NCBI GenBank assembly: GCA_017551515.1
Contig: JAFZLK010000101.1
Span: forward strand, 4,335-68,334
Direction of reading: 5' to 3'
Source of the DNA: Bacteroidales bacterium
Lineage (GTDB): Bacteria; Bacteroidota; Bacteroidia; Bacteroidales; ML635J-15
DNA length: 64,000 bases
Positions within the stretch are counted from its first letter, which is position 1. Every line of letters begins with the position of its first letter. The translations under genes and the position numbers were made by a program. A model generated the notes under the pieces. That model did not search any database. It was not told where the DNA came from and was given only the letters and a program-made list of their open reading frames with translations. Below are positions 1 through 9,756 of this stretch, in pieces.

Positions 1-2
1 AG

Positions 3-65
3 GCAATCGAAAGCTACAGGATTACGGATGAACAAAAGAAATATTTGAAGACATTGAAGGATTAG
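3..65 (+). CDS. 3' end of an upstream CDS cut by the window edge (..AIESYRITDEQKKYLKTLKD*)
   Basis: The frame is open from the window edge to TAG at 63-65 and is followed by a strong hairpin at 97-126. It is too short to identify. Confidence 0.3.
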   Translation, partial: AIESYRITDEQKKYLKTLKD

Positions 66-96
66 GATTATTTCTGATTGATTGATAATTATATTT

Positions 97-126
97 GTAG
101 GGGTTGGTTTAAAACCAAACCCCTAC
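97..126. terminator. Bidirectional hairpin terminator between convergent genes
   Basis: gtaggggttggttt / aaaccaaacccctac forms a roughly 13-bp stem with one bulge. It lies between the stop at 63-65 (+) and the stop of the minus-strand gene at 142, and is flanked by A/T runs. Confidence 0.6.
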
Positions 127-141
127 AAACAATTATTATTT

Positions 142-2508
142 TTATTCCATTTCAACATATATCCTTCCATCAATCTTTTCGAATTTCTCATCACCAGATT
201 TGCGCATTTCGACCTTTCCATCGTTCCAAACCGATGGCCAACCGCCAATAATGTGTCCCAGATAGACAATCTTTATCGGATGCAGACCTTTTGCAAGAGC
301 CACCGACTTGTCGTTACGCGAAAAACGCTTTACCTCGCCTGAATTGTCAATTAATTTCTGTCCATCAATCCAAAATTCCTCGTTGTCGGTGGAAAAATAG
401 TAAACACCGTCCTCATCTATGCGCAAATATCCCTCTGCGATTGATGCATAATTGTCGTAACCATTGAGAGGTTCGCCAAAATTTGCCACACTGCGAATGT
501 CAATCAGTTTTGAAATCACAGTATCGCGTTCTGCCTTGCCAGTCGCCTTTTCCAACTCGGCAACATTGAGGAACATTCCTGCAACATTGTGCATTTTCAG
601 TCCCTCTACTGCATTTTCAACCTCAACCGCTGGCGCATATTGCTGCTTTTCAACGGTAATTTCACGCACCTTGCTCATCTTACCCGATGGCAATACCGAT
701 GCAATCTTCAGCAAGGTATTTCCCTTAAGCACAATAGGTTCGGTATATTCCTTTGAGTTTGGCGTGAGGTCGGAACCATCAATGGAATAAACCATTTTCA
801 CTGGTCGTGAGGTTGTAAACTCAAGCACGGCAGAATCGACAAATGCCACGAAATTGCATGAGCCGTGTGGTTGTTCCGGCAACGGAATATGGTATGTGAT
901 ATTATGCATATCAAGGCGAACAAAAGCATTGTCCAAGCGACGGCAAAAATCGGCATAATCCTTTTTCTCCAGTGGCGACCACGCAACCTCAGCCAGTGCC
1001 ATCACACGCGGATAGTAGCGATATTCGCGCAGAGTATCATTATATAGGTATTCTGCCCAAAGATTGCACTGCACACCGCACACATGTCCGCCCTGCCCCA
1101 TTTTTGCCAAAGTGTCGGGAATAGGATTGTAACCGTATGTGGTTTCCAAACGCGAACTTCCACCGATAGTCACAGGCTCTATCTTACTATCTCCCTGATA
1201 ATAATCGATGTACATACCGCCATTGTATGGCGTCATTATAACATCGTGATCTTTCTGTGCAGCGGCAATTCCACCAGTTTCGCCTCGCCACGACATTACC
1301 GTTGCCGATGGATTTATCTCACCATCAAGGATTTCGTCCCAGCCGATAATCTTGCGACCATGCTTTGCAAGCATTGCCTCAACGCGCTTTACAACATAGC
1401 TTTGCAGACAATCCTCTGGCGAGTGATTCGGATTTTCATCAAGGTGTTCCTCCTTTATCCTTGCCTGACACAAAGGGCATTTCTTCCAGAAAACCTTAGG
1501 GCATTCATCGCCACCGATATGAAAATATTCGCTAGGGAAAATTTCAACCAATTCATCAATGACATTTTGTAGAAACTCAAAAGTAGATTCTTTTCCCGGA
1601 CACATCACAATATCCTCAACTCCCCATACAATGCGCGGACTTACGGTGTCGTTGTTGCACGACAGCCAAGGGTAAGCAGAAATTGCTGCTAATTCGTGTC
1701 CTGGCACCTCAAGTTCTGGGATTATTGTTATAAACCTTTCGGCTGCGTATGCAACAAGTTCCCTTGCCTGTTCCTGAGTATAGAATCCGCCATATTCATA
1801 GCCTTCACCTTCGATGCGCTTTGCACCAACTGTAGTAAGTTCGGGATATTTCTTTATCTCGATTCGCCAGCCTTGGTCATCGGTAAGATGCCAGTGCATG
1901 GTGTTGATTTTGTACATAGCCCATACATCGATTTGCTTCTTAATAAACTCAATATCAACAAAATGTCTTGATGGATCAAGATGCACGCCACGATATGCAA
2001 AGCGAGGTTCATCGGAAATTTCAGCATAAGGCATACGCCATTCGATATTCTTTACAACTTCATTCGATTCAATTTCGGCAGGAAGCATTTGCATCATAGT
2101 TTGCATGGCGTAAAACAGTCCTGCAGCAGATGACGCCTTTGCAAAAACGCCATTTTCGCAAACCGAAAGTGCGTAACCTTCGCGTACAATCGGAGCATTG
2201 GCATCAAGTTCGAGTGCGATGACATTCTTTTCTCCGTTTTCCTCAACTTTGAAATCGTATCCTGTCGAAAGTCTCAACTTTTTTGCAAAAAACTCGGCAA
2301 CATTCCTTGCCGAATCACAATTGACAACAAAAACGGTATTCTTGTCGAGCACAAAATGCTTGGTTTCGTCCACCGACATTTCCTTTGGTACAGGAATAAT
2401 GTTCACACCTTTGTTGTATGGTTTTTCCTCGTAATTCTTAGCACATGATGACAGCAACAATGCTACCAATACGGTAAAAATGAATAGTTTACACTTCATA
2501 AAAGTCAA
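142..2508 (-). CDS. Beta-N-acetylhexosaminidase (GH20) lipoprotein with C-terminal PA14-like domain
   Basis: GH20 catalytic-core motifs are present (RGVHLDPSRHF, HWHLTDDQGWRIEIKKYPELT, HIGGDECP). There is a lipoprotein signal (LLLSSC). The C-terminal segment GVYYFSTDNEEFWIDGQKLIDN..LHPIKIVY resembles PA14. Confidence 0.9.
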   Translation of the reverse strand: MTFMKCKLFIFTVLVALLLSSCAKNYEEKPYNKGVNIIPVPKEMSVDETKHFVLDKNTVFVVNCDSARNVAEFFAKKLRLSTGYDFKVEENGEKNVIALELDANAPIVREGYALSVCENGVFAKASSAAGLFYAMQTMMQMLPAEIESNEVVKNIEWRMPYAEISDEPRFAYRGVHLDPSRHFVDIEFIKKQIDVWAMYKINTMHWHLTDDQGWRIEIKKYPELTTVGAKRIEGEGYEYGGFYTQEQARELVAYAAERFITIIPELEVPGHELAAISAYPWLSCNNDTVSPRIVWGVEDIVMCPGKESTFEFLQNVIDELVEIFPSEYFHIGGDECPKVFWKKCPLCQARIKEEHLDENPNHSPEDCLQSYVVKRVEAMLAKHGRKIIGWDEILDGEINPSATVMSWRGETGGIAAAQKDHDVIMTPYNGGMYIDYYQGDSKIEPVTIGGSSRLETTYGYNPIPDTLAKMGQGGHVCGVQCNLWAEYLYNDTLREYRYYPRVMALAEVAWSPLEKKDYADFCRRLDNAFVRLDMHNITYHIPLPEQPHGSCNFVAFVDSAVLEFTTSRPVKMVYSIDGSDLTPNSKEYTEPIVLKGNTLLKIASVLPSGKMSKVREITVEKQQYAPAVEVENAVEGLKMHNVAGMFLNVAELEKATGKAERDTVISKLIDIRSVANFGEPLNGYDNYASIAEGYLRIDEDGVYYFSTDNEEFWIDGQKLIDNSGEVKRFSRNDKSVALAKGLHPIKIVYLGHIIGGWPSVWNDGKVEMRKSGDEKFEKIDGRIYVEME

Positions 2509-2520
2509 AATTTAGTGATA

Positions 2521-2528
2521 CAAATTTA
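2521..2528 (-). promoter_or_regulatory. Bacteroidetes-type -7 promoter box (TAAATTTG) for the hexosaminidase gene
   Basis: Plus-strand caaattta is TAAATTTG on the minus strand, matching TAnnTTTG. It lies about 13 nt upstream of the ATG at 2508. Confidence 0.5.
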
Positions 2529-2589
2529 CAAAAAAAAGGGAATTATATACATGTTAACTAAAAACAGGTATAGTTTTACTCTCTAAACT

Positions 2590-2815
2590 GTCATTGCGGA
2601 AGCCTGACTGAACCTGCGATACGGAACGGAGAGCTGTGTAAAGACGGTTGTCCGCAACGCTGCTTGCAGCCTCGCGACGCTTGCGAGCAATCTCCTATTG
2701 AACTGTAAATAAGGTATTAGTCACTTCATTTCGGAAAGAGATTCCGTACAGACAGGCTCACAAGCAACGTCCCTTATGCTGTTCGCTTTGTCTTACGGAA
2801 TGACTGAGAGGGTTA
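2590..2815. other. GC-rich, highly self-complementary intergenic element (candidate structured ncRNA or repeat element; strand unknown)
   Basis: Arm attccgtacagac (2741-2753) pairs with gtcttacggaat (2790-2801). Arm gtcattgcggaag (2590-2602) pairs with cttacggaatgac (2791-2803) in 11 of 13 positions. Local hairpins are gctg-cttg-cagc (2660-2671) and ctcgc-gacgctt-gcgag (2671-2687). The element lies upstream of the hexosaminidase promoter and 3' of the OmpA-family gene. Confidence 0.35.
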
Positions 2816-2825
2816 GACGGGCAAC

Positions 2826-4844
2826 CTATTTCGACACGATGTAAAATTCTGTCCTTCTGTTCTTTGCGCGACCAGCCTCGGTGCTATTGTCGGCAATTGG
2901 CATATTAGGACCGAAACCCTTGTAGCTTATGTTCGACTTTGAAACGCCCTTTGTCAAAAGGTAATCATAAACCGCCTTTGCACGATTATTCGACAAGGTT
3001 ATGTTTGTCTGGGCACTACCTATGTTATCAGTATGACCGCGAATCTCAACCTTCACGGTAGGATTTGTCTTCAGAAAATCGGCGAATTCGTCAAGCACAG
3101 CAAGACTTTTGCTGTTTATCTCATACGATGCCGTAGCATAGTATATGTCGTTTATCTGCACCGACTTTCCTGCTGCGATAGGCTTTACCTCAAAATTCAC
3201 CTCTATAGGTTTTTCGAAGGTTTCTTCGGTAGGTTCTATCAGCGTAGATGTGAAACTATAATCTTCCTTTTTTACAACCATAAGAAAGTCATCCTTTTCG
3301 TCGGTTGCCGTAACAGCAACAGCATATTGTCCAGTTTCCGAGTCAACAATTCCTTCCGAAACCTCCTCGGTGCGAGTATTCTTCACTTCAAGCCTTGCAT
3401 CACCAAGCGAACTGCCATTGTCATCCACAAGTTGGCCTTTCACTAGGAAAACTTTTTCGGGACGAGCCTCCTTGTACAAGTCAATGGCATAAATGTCCCA
3501 ACCGCCTTTTCCATTCAGCTTGTTTGATGCAAAATAAGCCTTAGTTCCTTGAGTATTAACAACAAATCCCAAATCGTTATTCTTGGTGTTTATCGGATAA
3601 CCAATATTGACAGGCTTAGTCCAATCACCATCCCTGAACTTGGTAAAGAAAATATCGTAACCGCCTATTCCTAAATGTCCATCGGATGAGAAATAGAGCG
3701 TCTGACTGTCGGAATGTATAAACGGAGACTTCTCGTTTCCTGGCGTATTTATCTTTGAACCAAGATTTTTTGCCTTGCTCCAGTTGCCTTTTTCATCTTT
3801 TGTTGAATAGTATAGGTCAGATGTAGGATTGTCGGGGTTGAAACCGACGTTGCCCTCACGTATGCTTGCAAAATACAATGTTTTTCCATCTGCAGAAATC
3901 GATGGCTGGCTTTCCCATGTGTATAGTCCATTTATATTGGGACCAAGAGAAGTCAGTTCCGACCAACCGTCACCCACGCGCGTCGACATGTATATGTCGC
4001 AGTTGTCGTAATTATTGCTGACAAACTCACAAATCGTAATGAACAAAGTCTTGTTGTCGATTGAAATTGATGCCGCACCTTGATTCTTGCCCGTGTTAAA
4101 CGGATAAGGCAAAGGTTCTCCTGGCGAGAATACAAGACCTTTATCATCGGCAGCCTTCGACACAGTAAACTCCTCAACAAACCTGTCGCCATAAATGGAC
4201 TGCACCTCCTTCTTCATATATGCCTTAGTGAAAAGAGCAAGCGAACCATCGGGGGAAATAAGAGGCAGATAGTCGTCGTATGCACTCGAAACACCCTCAA
4301 CGACAACAGGCTCGAACGGTACTGGATTTTCAATAAGGTTCAGATACTGGTCGATATAGTGGATTGTACTTTCGGCATCCGTGTAATATTTAGTACCTTT
4401 TTTTGCATTGGCAGTATATGTTGAAAGATACTTCTTTGCAACATCCAGTTTGTCGTGGCTGAAAAATATTTTGCCTAGCGTGTAGTTCACCTCATAATTT
4501 TGGTAAGAAGGACAAGTTTTGGCAACACTTTCGAGACACTTTACATAGCGAGAATAATAGTTGTTTTGTGTCTTTGAATCCCTTGCACTTTTGTATTTCG
4601 AGTAGTTTATTTCCGAACTTGCAACCCATGCTTCGGTGAATTCCGGTTCCTCGTCAAGTATCTTGGCAAAAACGACTTCGGCATCATTCATCTTGCCATC
4701 GTTAAGCAACTGCACGCCTTTCTGGAAAGACTTTATGAGTTTCTTGTCATCTATATCGTTGCAAAAATCGTTGTCAAACTGAGCATAGCCACGAGTAAGT
4801 CCCGCGACAAGAATCAACAACAATATGACCAACCGGCTCGCCAT
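2826..4844 (-). CDS. OmpA-family outer-membrane protein with N-terminal TPR-like region, TolB-like beta-propeller repeats and C-terminal OmpA peptidoglycan-binding domain
   Basis: The C-terminus reads RGHTDNIGSAQTNITLSNNRAKAVYDYL...GRAKNRRTEFYIVSK, an OmpA_C motif. Repeated 'SPxISxDGxTLYFxS' motifs are typical of WD40-like/TolB repeats. A signal peptide is present. Confidence 0.85.
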   Translation of the reverse strand: MASRLVILLLILVAGLTRGYAQFDNDFCNDIDDKKLIKSFQKGVQLLNDGKMNDAEVVFAKILDEEPEFTEAWVASSEINYSKYKSARDSKTQNNYYSRYVKCLESVAKTCPSYQNYEVNYTLGKIFFSHDKLDVAKKYLSTYTANAKKGTKYYTDAESTIHYIDQYLNLIENPVPFEPVVVEGVSSAYDDYLPLISPDGSLALFTKAYMKKEVQSIYGDRFVEEFTVSKAADDKGLVFSPGEPLPYPFNTGKNQGAASISIDNKTLFITICEFVSNNYDNCDIYMSTRVGDGWSELTSLGPNINGLYTWESQPSISADGKTLYFASIREGNVGFNPDNPTSDLYYSTKDEKGNWSKAKNLGSKINTPGNEKSPFIHSDSQTLYFSSDGHLGIGGYDIFFTKFRDGDWTKPVNIGYPINTKNNDLGFVVNTQGTKAYFASNKLNGKGGWDIYAIDLYKEARPEKVFLVKGQLVDDNGSSLGDARLEVKNTRTEEVSEGIVDSETGQYAVAVTATDEKDDFLMVVKKEDYSFTSTLIEPTEETFEKPIEVNFEVKPIAAGKSVQINDIYYATASYEINSKSLAVLDEFADFLKTNPTVKVEIRGHTDNIGSAQTNITLSNNRAKAVYDYLLTKGVSKSNISYKGFGPNMPIADNSTEAGRAKNRRTEFYIVSK

Positions 4845-4904
4845 TTAATACAAAACAAGAAGCAAAGTTAATAAAAATATGTTGCGAGGACACAATTTTT
4901 AGAA

Positions 4905-5909
4905 TTAATTCTCCTTTTCCGAAGCATTTTCCTTTTCACTCTTCTCGTAGGCATCTACTATTCTGCCAACAACCTTGTGACGGATGATGTCGCCCTTGTC
5001 GAATTGGACAAACGAAATTTCCGGAATTCTGCCAAGAATACGATGTGCGGAAAGCAAACCAGACTCGGACTTTCGTGGCAAATCTATCTGCGTAAGGTCG
5101 CCAGTTACAATGAATTTAGAATTTTCGCCCATACGGGTGAGGAACATTTTCAGTTGAGTATATGTAGCATTCTGCGCCTCATCGAGAATAACAAAGGCTT
5201 CGCTCAAGGTTCGTCCGCGCATGAATGCCAGCGGAGCAATCTGTATGGTCTTTTCTTCAAGATACTTTTCCAATTTGCGATATGGAATCATGTCTAGCAG
5301 AGCATCGTAGAGCGGTTGCAGGTAGGGGTCGAGTTTTTCACGCACATCGCCAGGGAGAAATCCAAGGTTTTCGCCTGCTTCAACTGCAGGACGAGAAAGG
5401 ATTATCTTTTTTACTCGCATTTCCTTCAACGACTTCACAGCCAAAGCTATCGCAGTATATGTCTTGCCTGTTCCAGCAGGTCCTGTAGCAAAAAGCAGGT
5501 CGTTTTTCTGGAAACATTCAACAAGCAATTTTTGGTTGGCGGTACGCGCACGAATCGGCTTGCCACTGATGCTGTACAAAAGCACATCCTTGTCCTCGGC
5601 AATGCTCACCGAATTGGTCTCACTACTTAGAATTTCGCGCACTTCCTCAACACCCAAACGGTTGTACTTGCCGAAAAATTCAAGCATGGCGTTCAACTTG
5701 CGCTCAAACTCCTTTATCACCTCCTTGTCGCCGACAACCTTCACAACATCACCACGTTGCACAATCTTCAAAGTAGGAAAATGACGCACAAGCAACCCGA
5801 GATTTTCATCGCGCACACCAAAGAATTTTTGCAAATCCTCTATTTCAATCAGAATACTTTTTTCAGTCATTGATAAATTTTGATATTTTTGCGGAGCAAA
5901 GAAAAGCAT
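4905..5909 (-). CDS. phoH: PhoH-family ATPase
   Basis: Walker A is GPAGTGKTY, and ILDEAQN and TGDLTQIDLP match PhoH/YbeZ signatures. An alternative ATG at 5870 (MTEKS..) is possible. Confidence 0.9.
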   Translation of the reverse strand: MLFFAPQKYQNLSMTEKSILIEIEDLQKFFGVRDENLGLLVRHFPTLKIVQRGDVVKVVGDKEVIKEFERKLNAMLEFFGKYNRLGVEEVREILSSETNSVSIAEDKDVLLYSISGKPIRARTANQKLLVECFQKNDLLFATGPAGTGKTYTAIALAVKSLKEMRVKKIILSRPAVEAGENLGFLPGDVREKLDPYLQPLYDALLDMIPYRKLEKYLEEKTIQIAPLAFMRGRTLSEAFVILDEAQNATYTQLKMFLTRMGENSKFIVTGDLTQIDLPRKSESGLLSAHRILGRIPEISFVQFDKGDIIRHKVVGRIVDAYEKSEKENASEKEN

Positions 5910-5942
5910 TTTTTTGCATAGTTATGATTTTTTGCTGAAGAA

Positions 5943-6728
5943 ATGACGAAAATAGTAACTCTCACTACCGATTGGCACAACAGCGACTACTACATAGGCG
6001 CTGTAAAGGCATCTATACTCTCGGCTGAACCCGACACTACTTTCGTTGACATTTCGCACAACATCGAGCATTTCAACTGGCAACAGGCAGGATTTGTGTT
6101 AGGAAGCGTTATCAACGACTTTCCTGCTGGCGCCATACATATTATAGGTGTAGACAGCGAACCCAAAGGCGACATGAAAGTCATAGTTGCAAAGTACCTG
6201 AAGCAATATTTTATATGCACCGACAACGGCACTCTAGGCATAATTTTCAAGGACGAACCGGAACTTGCAATAGCAATAGATGTAGGTAGCGGGAACGAGG
6301 ACTGCGTATTCATCGAAAAAAATGTATTCGCAGAAATTGCAAAATTCATGCTCCGAGGAAAAGACATCAGGCAACTAGGAGAAGAAGTAGAAGATGTAAC
6401 AAGATATACAGATCTTGCTCCGCAGACAACGCCAAGAGGACTTCTGGGAAACATCATATACATCGATTCGTACGGAAACGCAATATCAAACATCAGCAGG
6501 GAGATTTTTGAAAATACCATTGGCGACAACAAGTTTGAAATTCTACTGAACACACATTCGTACAAGGTTACACAGATATACAAATCGTACAAGGAAATAG
6601 AAGTATCGGAAATAGTATGTATTTTCAACTCGCTAGGTTTGCTCGAAATAGCAATAAATGGCGGAAGCGCAAAAAATCTGCTCGGTCTGCACCAAGACAC
6701 ACAAATTAGAATTGATATTAAACAATAG
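5943..6728 (+). CDS. SAM hydrolase / SAM-dependent halogenase family protein (DUF62, S-adenosyl-L-methionine hydroxide adenosyltransferase-like)
   Basis: The N-terminal pattern IVTLTTDW..DYYIGAVKASIL...VDISHNI and the overall length are typical of the family. Confidence 0.7.
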   Translation: MTKIVTLTTDWHNSDYYIGAVKASILSAEPDTTFVDISHNIEHFNWQQAGFVLGSVINDFPAGAIHIIGVDSEPKGDMKVIVAKYLKQYFICTDNGTLGIIFKDEPELAIAIDVGSGNEDCVFIEKNVFAEIAKFMLRGKDIRQLGEEVEDVTRYTDLAPQTTPRGLLGNIIYIDSYGNAISNISREIFENTIGDNKFEILLNTHSYKVTQIYKSYKEIEVSEIVCIFNSLGLLEIAINGGSAKNLLGLHQDTQIRIDIKQ

Positions 6729-6731
6729 GTA

Positions 6732-7895
6732 ATGGACAAGGTTTTCAGATACGACCGGAAATGGAAGATACTGCTGCTAGCATTCGCCGCACTGATTTTC
6801 GTACTGTCTCTGCTTTACACCAACAATCTCATACAGGACATAAGGCAGGAAGAGTACAAGCGCATGGAATTGTGGTCGCACGCAATGCAGGGACTTATCA
6901 ACTCCGAACCTGATGCCGACATCGGATTTCTGTTCGAGGTGGTCGAAAACAACCTGACAATACCCGTAATCCTTGTCGATGCCGACAACAAGACAATAAT
7001 ATCGTACCGCAACCTCGACACCCTGAAGATGGCAGACACCGAATATGCAGAAAAAATGCTTGATGAATTCAGAAGCAACGGCAAGGAAAGCTTCGCCATC
7101 ACCGACCCCGACGGCAATGTCATGAACACAATATATTATTCCGATTCACTACTACTGAAAAAATTACAATATTACCCATTCGTTCAACTCGTGCTCATAG
7201 CGATATTCATAATCATGGGCTATGTGGTATTCAATGTTTCGCGCCGGTCGGAACAGAACCATGTTTGGTTAGGAATGTCAAAGGAGACCGCGCACCAACT
7301 TGGCACGCCAATATCTTCTCTCCTAGCTTGGCTCGAAATAATGCGTGAGGAACACGGTGAGACAGAAATGTTCCGCGAAATAGAAAAGGATGTGAAACGA
7401 CTCGAAAAAATTGCAGCTCGCTTCTCCAAAATCGGCAGTAAACCCAACCTCAACGAAAAAGAACTTACCGACTGCATCCGCAATACTGTTGCATATCTAA
7501 GAACAAGAATTCCTTCGTCTGTGCATATCGAAACTAACATCGACGAGCACGGACTAATTTTCCTGCCCCTCAATGTGGAATTGTTTGAATGGGTAATTGA
7601 AAACCTCTGCAAAAACGCCGTCGATGCTATTGGCACAAACGGAACCATAAGGATAAGCCTCGATGATTCGGAAAAACATGTCGGCATCGAAATTTCCGAC
7701 ACTGGCAAGGGCATTAGCAAATCGAATTTCAAGAATGTGTTCAAGCCTGGATACACGACCAAAAACCGCGGTTGGGGACTTGGACTAAGCCTTGCAAAAC
7801 GAATAGTGGAAGAATACCACGGTGGAAAGATTTTTGTCAAGTCGTCGGAAATTGGCAAGGGGACAACATTCAGGATAACACTAAAAAAAGGATAA
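6732..7895 (+). CDS. Membrane sensor histidine kinase (no adjacent response regulator)
   Basis: Two TM segments. The H-box is ETAHQLGTPISSL, the N-box is ENLCKNAVDA, and the G-boxes are DTGKGI and GWGLGLSLAKRIV. Confidence 0.85.
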   Translation: MDKVFRYDRKWKILLLAFAALIFVLSLLYTNNLIQDIRQEEYKRMELWSHAMQGLINSEPDADIGFLFEVVENNLTIPVILVDADNKTIISYRNLDTLKMADTEYAEKMLDEFRSNGKESFAITDPDGNVMNTIYYSDSLLLKKLQYYPFVQLVLIAIFIIMGYVVFNVSRRSEQNHVWLGMSKETAHQLGTPISSLLAWLEIMREEHGETEMFREIEKDVKRLEKIAARFSKIGSKPNLNEKELTDCIRNTVAYLRTRIPSSVHIETNIDEHGLIFLPLNVELFEWVIENLCKNAVDAIGTNGTIRISLDDSEKHVGIEISDTGKGISKSNFKNVFKPGYTTKNRGWGLGLSLAKRIVEEYHGGKIFVKSSEIGKGTTFRITLKKG

Positions 7896-7909
7896 AGAGA
7901 AAAACATGT

Positions 7910-7945
7910 AGGTTCGTTGCGCGCAACGAATCCTCATATTTTTCT
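7910..7945 (+). terminator. Rho-independent terminator after the histidine kinase gene
   Basis: The GC-rich palindrome ttcgttgcgcgcaacgaa (7913-7930) is followed by tcctcatattttt. Confidence 0.6.
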
Positions 7946-7996
7946 CACACATTTTAACAAAGAATAATTTTTATTTTTCTTTTTCAAATTGTTTTG

Positions 7997-8004
7997 TATT
8001 TTTG
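7997..8004 (+). promoter_or_regulatory. -7 promoter box TATTTTTG for yceD-rpmF-plsX
   Basis: It matches TAnnTTTG. The ORF-track start at 7994 is a TTG lying inside or adjacent to this box, so it is unlikely to be the real start. Confidence 0.55.
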
Positions 8005-8020
8005 CACGAATTTATTTTTA

Positions 8021-8581
8021 ATGTTTTCGATTGGAATGGATAGTGTTAATCAACATATTATCCCGCTTGACGGTCTCGGAGAAACGGAACATATATTCCG
8101 TTTTAGAGCCGATGATGCGTTTTTCCAGTCGTATGACAAGGGTGAAATAAAGGGCGGAGAGGTCAATGTGAAGGTAAACTTGACAAAGAAAAAGACCTCG
8201 ATGCTATTGAACTTCGACTTGTCTGGAACGGTAAAGCTTATTTGCGACAGATGTCTTGAGCTCTACGATCAGCCAATCGCCATCAGCGATGAAATTCTGG
8301 TCAACTATGACGATGAGACCAACTTCGACACAAACAGCGATGCCGTAACCCTAAGCCGTGATGCGAACGAAATAGACATTTCGGAGTTCATTTACGAATA
8401 TTCGCACTTTGCACTGCCGATAGCGCACTATCATCCGGATGATGCAAATGGTAATCCAACCTGCAACGCAAAGATGATGGAACTTATTGACAAGTACAAG
8501 GTTGAAGAGACAGAAAAAACAGAAGACGCAATAGACCCGAGATGGGAAGCGTTGCGAGAATTAAAAAATAATAGTAACTAA
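8021..8581 (+). CDS. YceD/DUF177 family protein (large-subunit rRNA accumulation protein)
   Basis: It occupies the conserved position directly upstream of rpmF-plsX. A CxxC (CDRCLE) and an acidic C-terminal half are typical of DUF177. The start is set at the first ATG after the promoter box; ATG 8036 is an alternative. Confidence 0.75.
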   Translation: MFSIGMDSVNQHIIPLDGLGETEHIFRFRADDAFFQSYDKGEIKGGEVNVKVNLTKKKTSMLLNFDLSGTVKLICDRCLELYDQPIAISDEILVNYDDETNFDTNSDAVTLSRDANEIDISEFIYEYSHFALPIAHYHPDDANGNPTCNAKMMELIDKYKVEETEKTEDAIDPRWEALRELKNNSN

Positions 8582-8597
8582 CTAAAAGTTTAAGAAA

Positions 8598-8780
8598 ATG
8601 GCACATCCTAAAAGAAAAACCTCAAAACAGAGAAGAAACAAACGCCGCACCCACTATGTAGCAGAATTCCCGACATTGGCAACATGCACAAACTGCGGAA
8701 CTACAATCCAATATCATCATGTTTGTCCGAACTGCGGATACTATAGAGGTAAACTCGTTATCGAACCAAAGGGCGAATAA
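8598..8780 (+). CDS. rpmF: 50S ribosomal protein L32
   Basis: MAHPKRKTSKQRRNKRRTHY plus a CxxC...CxxC zinc ribbon. Confidence 0.95.
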   Translation: MAHPKRKTSKQRRNKRRTHYVAEFPTLATCTNCGTTIQYHHVCPNCGYYRGKLVIEPKGE

Positions 8781-8793
8781 AATATAATGTACT

Positions 8794-9735
8794 ATGAACA
8801 TTGGTGTTGACATACAAGGCGGGGATTTCGCTCCAGATGCCGTTCTGGAAGGTGCAACCCTTGCTTTAGATTTTTTGGACAAGGACGATAAGTTGTTTCT
8901 TTTCGGCAACGAAGAGTACATTCGTAAGTATTTCGCCAATCGCAGCGTCGATGCTGGTGTTTTTGAAATTGTTAATTGTTCCGAAACATTTGCAATGGGT
9001 GATGACCCAGTCAGAACCTTCCGCGAAAAAAAGGATTCTGGAATCGTAAAAGGTTTTTTCTACCTTAAGCAAGGAATAATCGACGGATTTGCAAGTGCAG
9101 GCAATACAGGTGCAATGATGGTTGGCGCAACACAGGTAATTGGCGTTCTCGAAGGCATCATCAGACCTTGCCTGTCATCGATTTGCCCAAACAACAAGGG
9201 AGGAAACAATCTCATTCTCGATGTCGGTCTTAACGCAGACCCCAAACCCGAAGTGCTGGTTCAATATGCCCAAATTGGTAGCGCTTATGCCAAATATGTA
9301 ATGGGGATAGACAACCCGAGAATCGGACTATTGAACATCGGCTCCGAAGAGGGCAAGGGAAACCTTACTGCTAAGGCTACATTCAAGTTGCTGAAGGAAC
9401 TTGACAACATCAACTTCATTGGCAACATTGAAGGAGGCGACTGCTCCGACACCAACAAAGTTGATGTTATTGTTACAGACGGATTTGTTGGCAATATCTA
9501 CCTCAAACATGCAGAGTCAATATACAGCATACTAAGGCAGAGAGGCATCAACGACCCGTTCTTCGAGAACTACAACTACGAGAATGTCGGCGGCACACCC
9601 GCACTCGGTGTAAACGGAACAGTTATTATCGGTCATGGTAAAAGCAACGGCAAAGCTATCAAGAATATGATTCTTCAGACAAAGGCTGTAGCCGCTGCCA
9701 AGCTCCATGAAAAAATTGCTTCGATAATAAAATAA
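8794..9735 (+). CDS. plsX: Phosphate acyltransferase PlsX
   Basis: The family pattern is present (GVDIQGGDFAP, SAGNTGA, VVTDGFVGN, GHGKSN), and it follows rpmF as is conserved. Confidence 0.93.
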   Translation: MNIGVDIQGGDFAPDAVLEGATLALDFLDKDDKLFLFGNEEYIRKYFANRSVDAGVFEIVNCSETFAMGDDPVRTFREKKDSGIVKGFFYLKQGIIDGFASAGNTGAMMVGATQVIGVLEGIIRPCLSSICPNNKGGNNLILDVGLNADPKPEVLVQYAQIGSAYAKYVMGIDNPRIGLLNIGSEEGKGNLTAKATFKLLKELDNINFIGNIEGGDCSDTNKVDVIVTDGFVGNIYLKHAESIYSILRQRGINDPFFENYNYENVGGTPALGVNGTVIIGHGKSNGKAIKNMILQTKAVAAAKLHEKIASIIK

Positions 9736-9756
9736 ATATGCTTTTTCATAGAAACG

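Noticed and set aside
2800-2815. CTGAGAG word, which suggests a TPP-riboswitch core inside the GC-rich element.
   Set aside because: The rest of the THI-box consensus (ACCTGATCTGGATAATGCCAGCG-like arm) is absent, and no downstream thiamine gene exists on that strand.
5990-6739. 249-aa antisense ORF opposite the SAM-hydrolase-family gene. Other long antisense ORFs are 7220-7858, 18046-18771, 27094-27819, 31843-32580, 33198-33893, 43780-44409, 46040-46651, 53526-54119 and 63157-63942.
   Set aside because: Each lies opposite a gene with clear family motifs and has low-complexity or Cys/Ser/Arg-rich composition typical of shadow ORFs. None has an upstream TAnnTTTG box.
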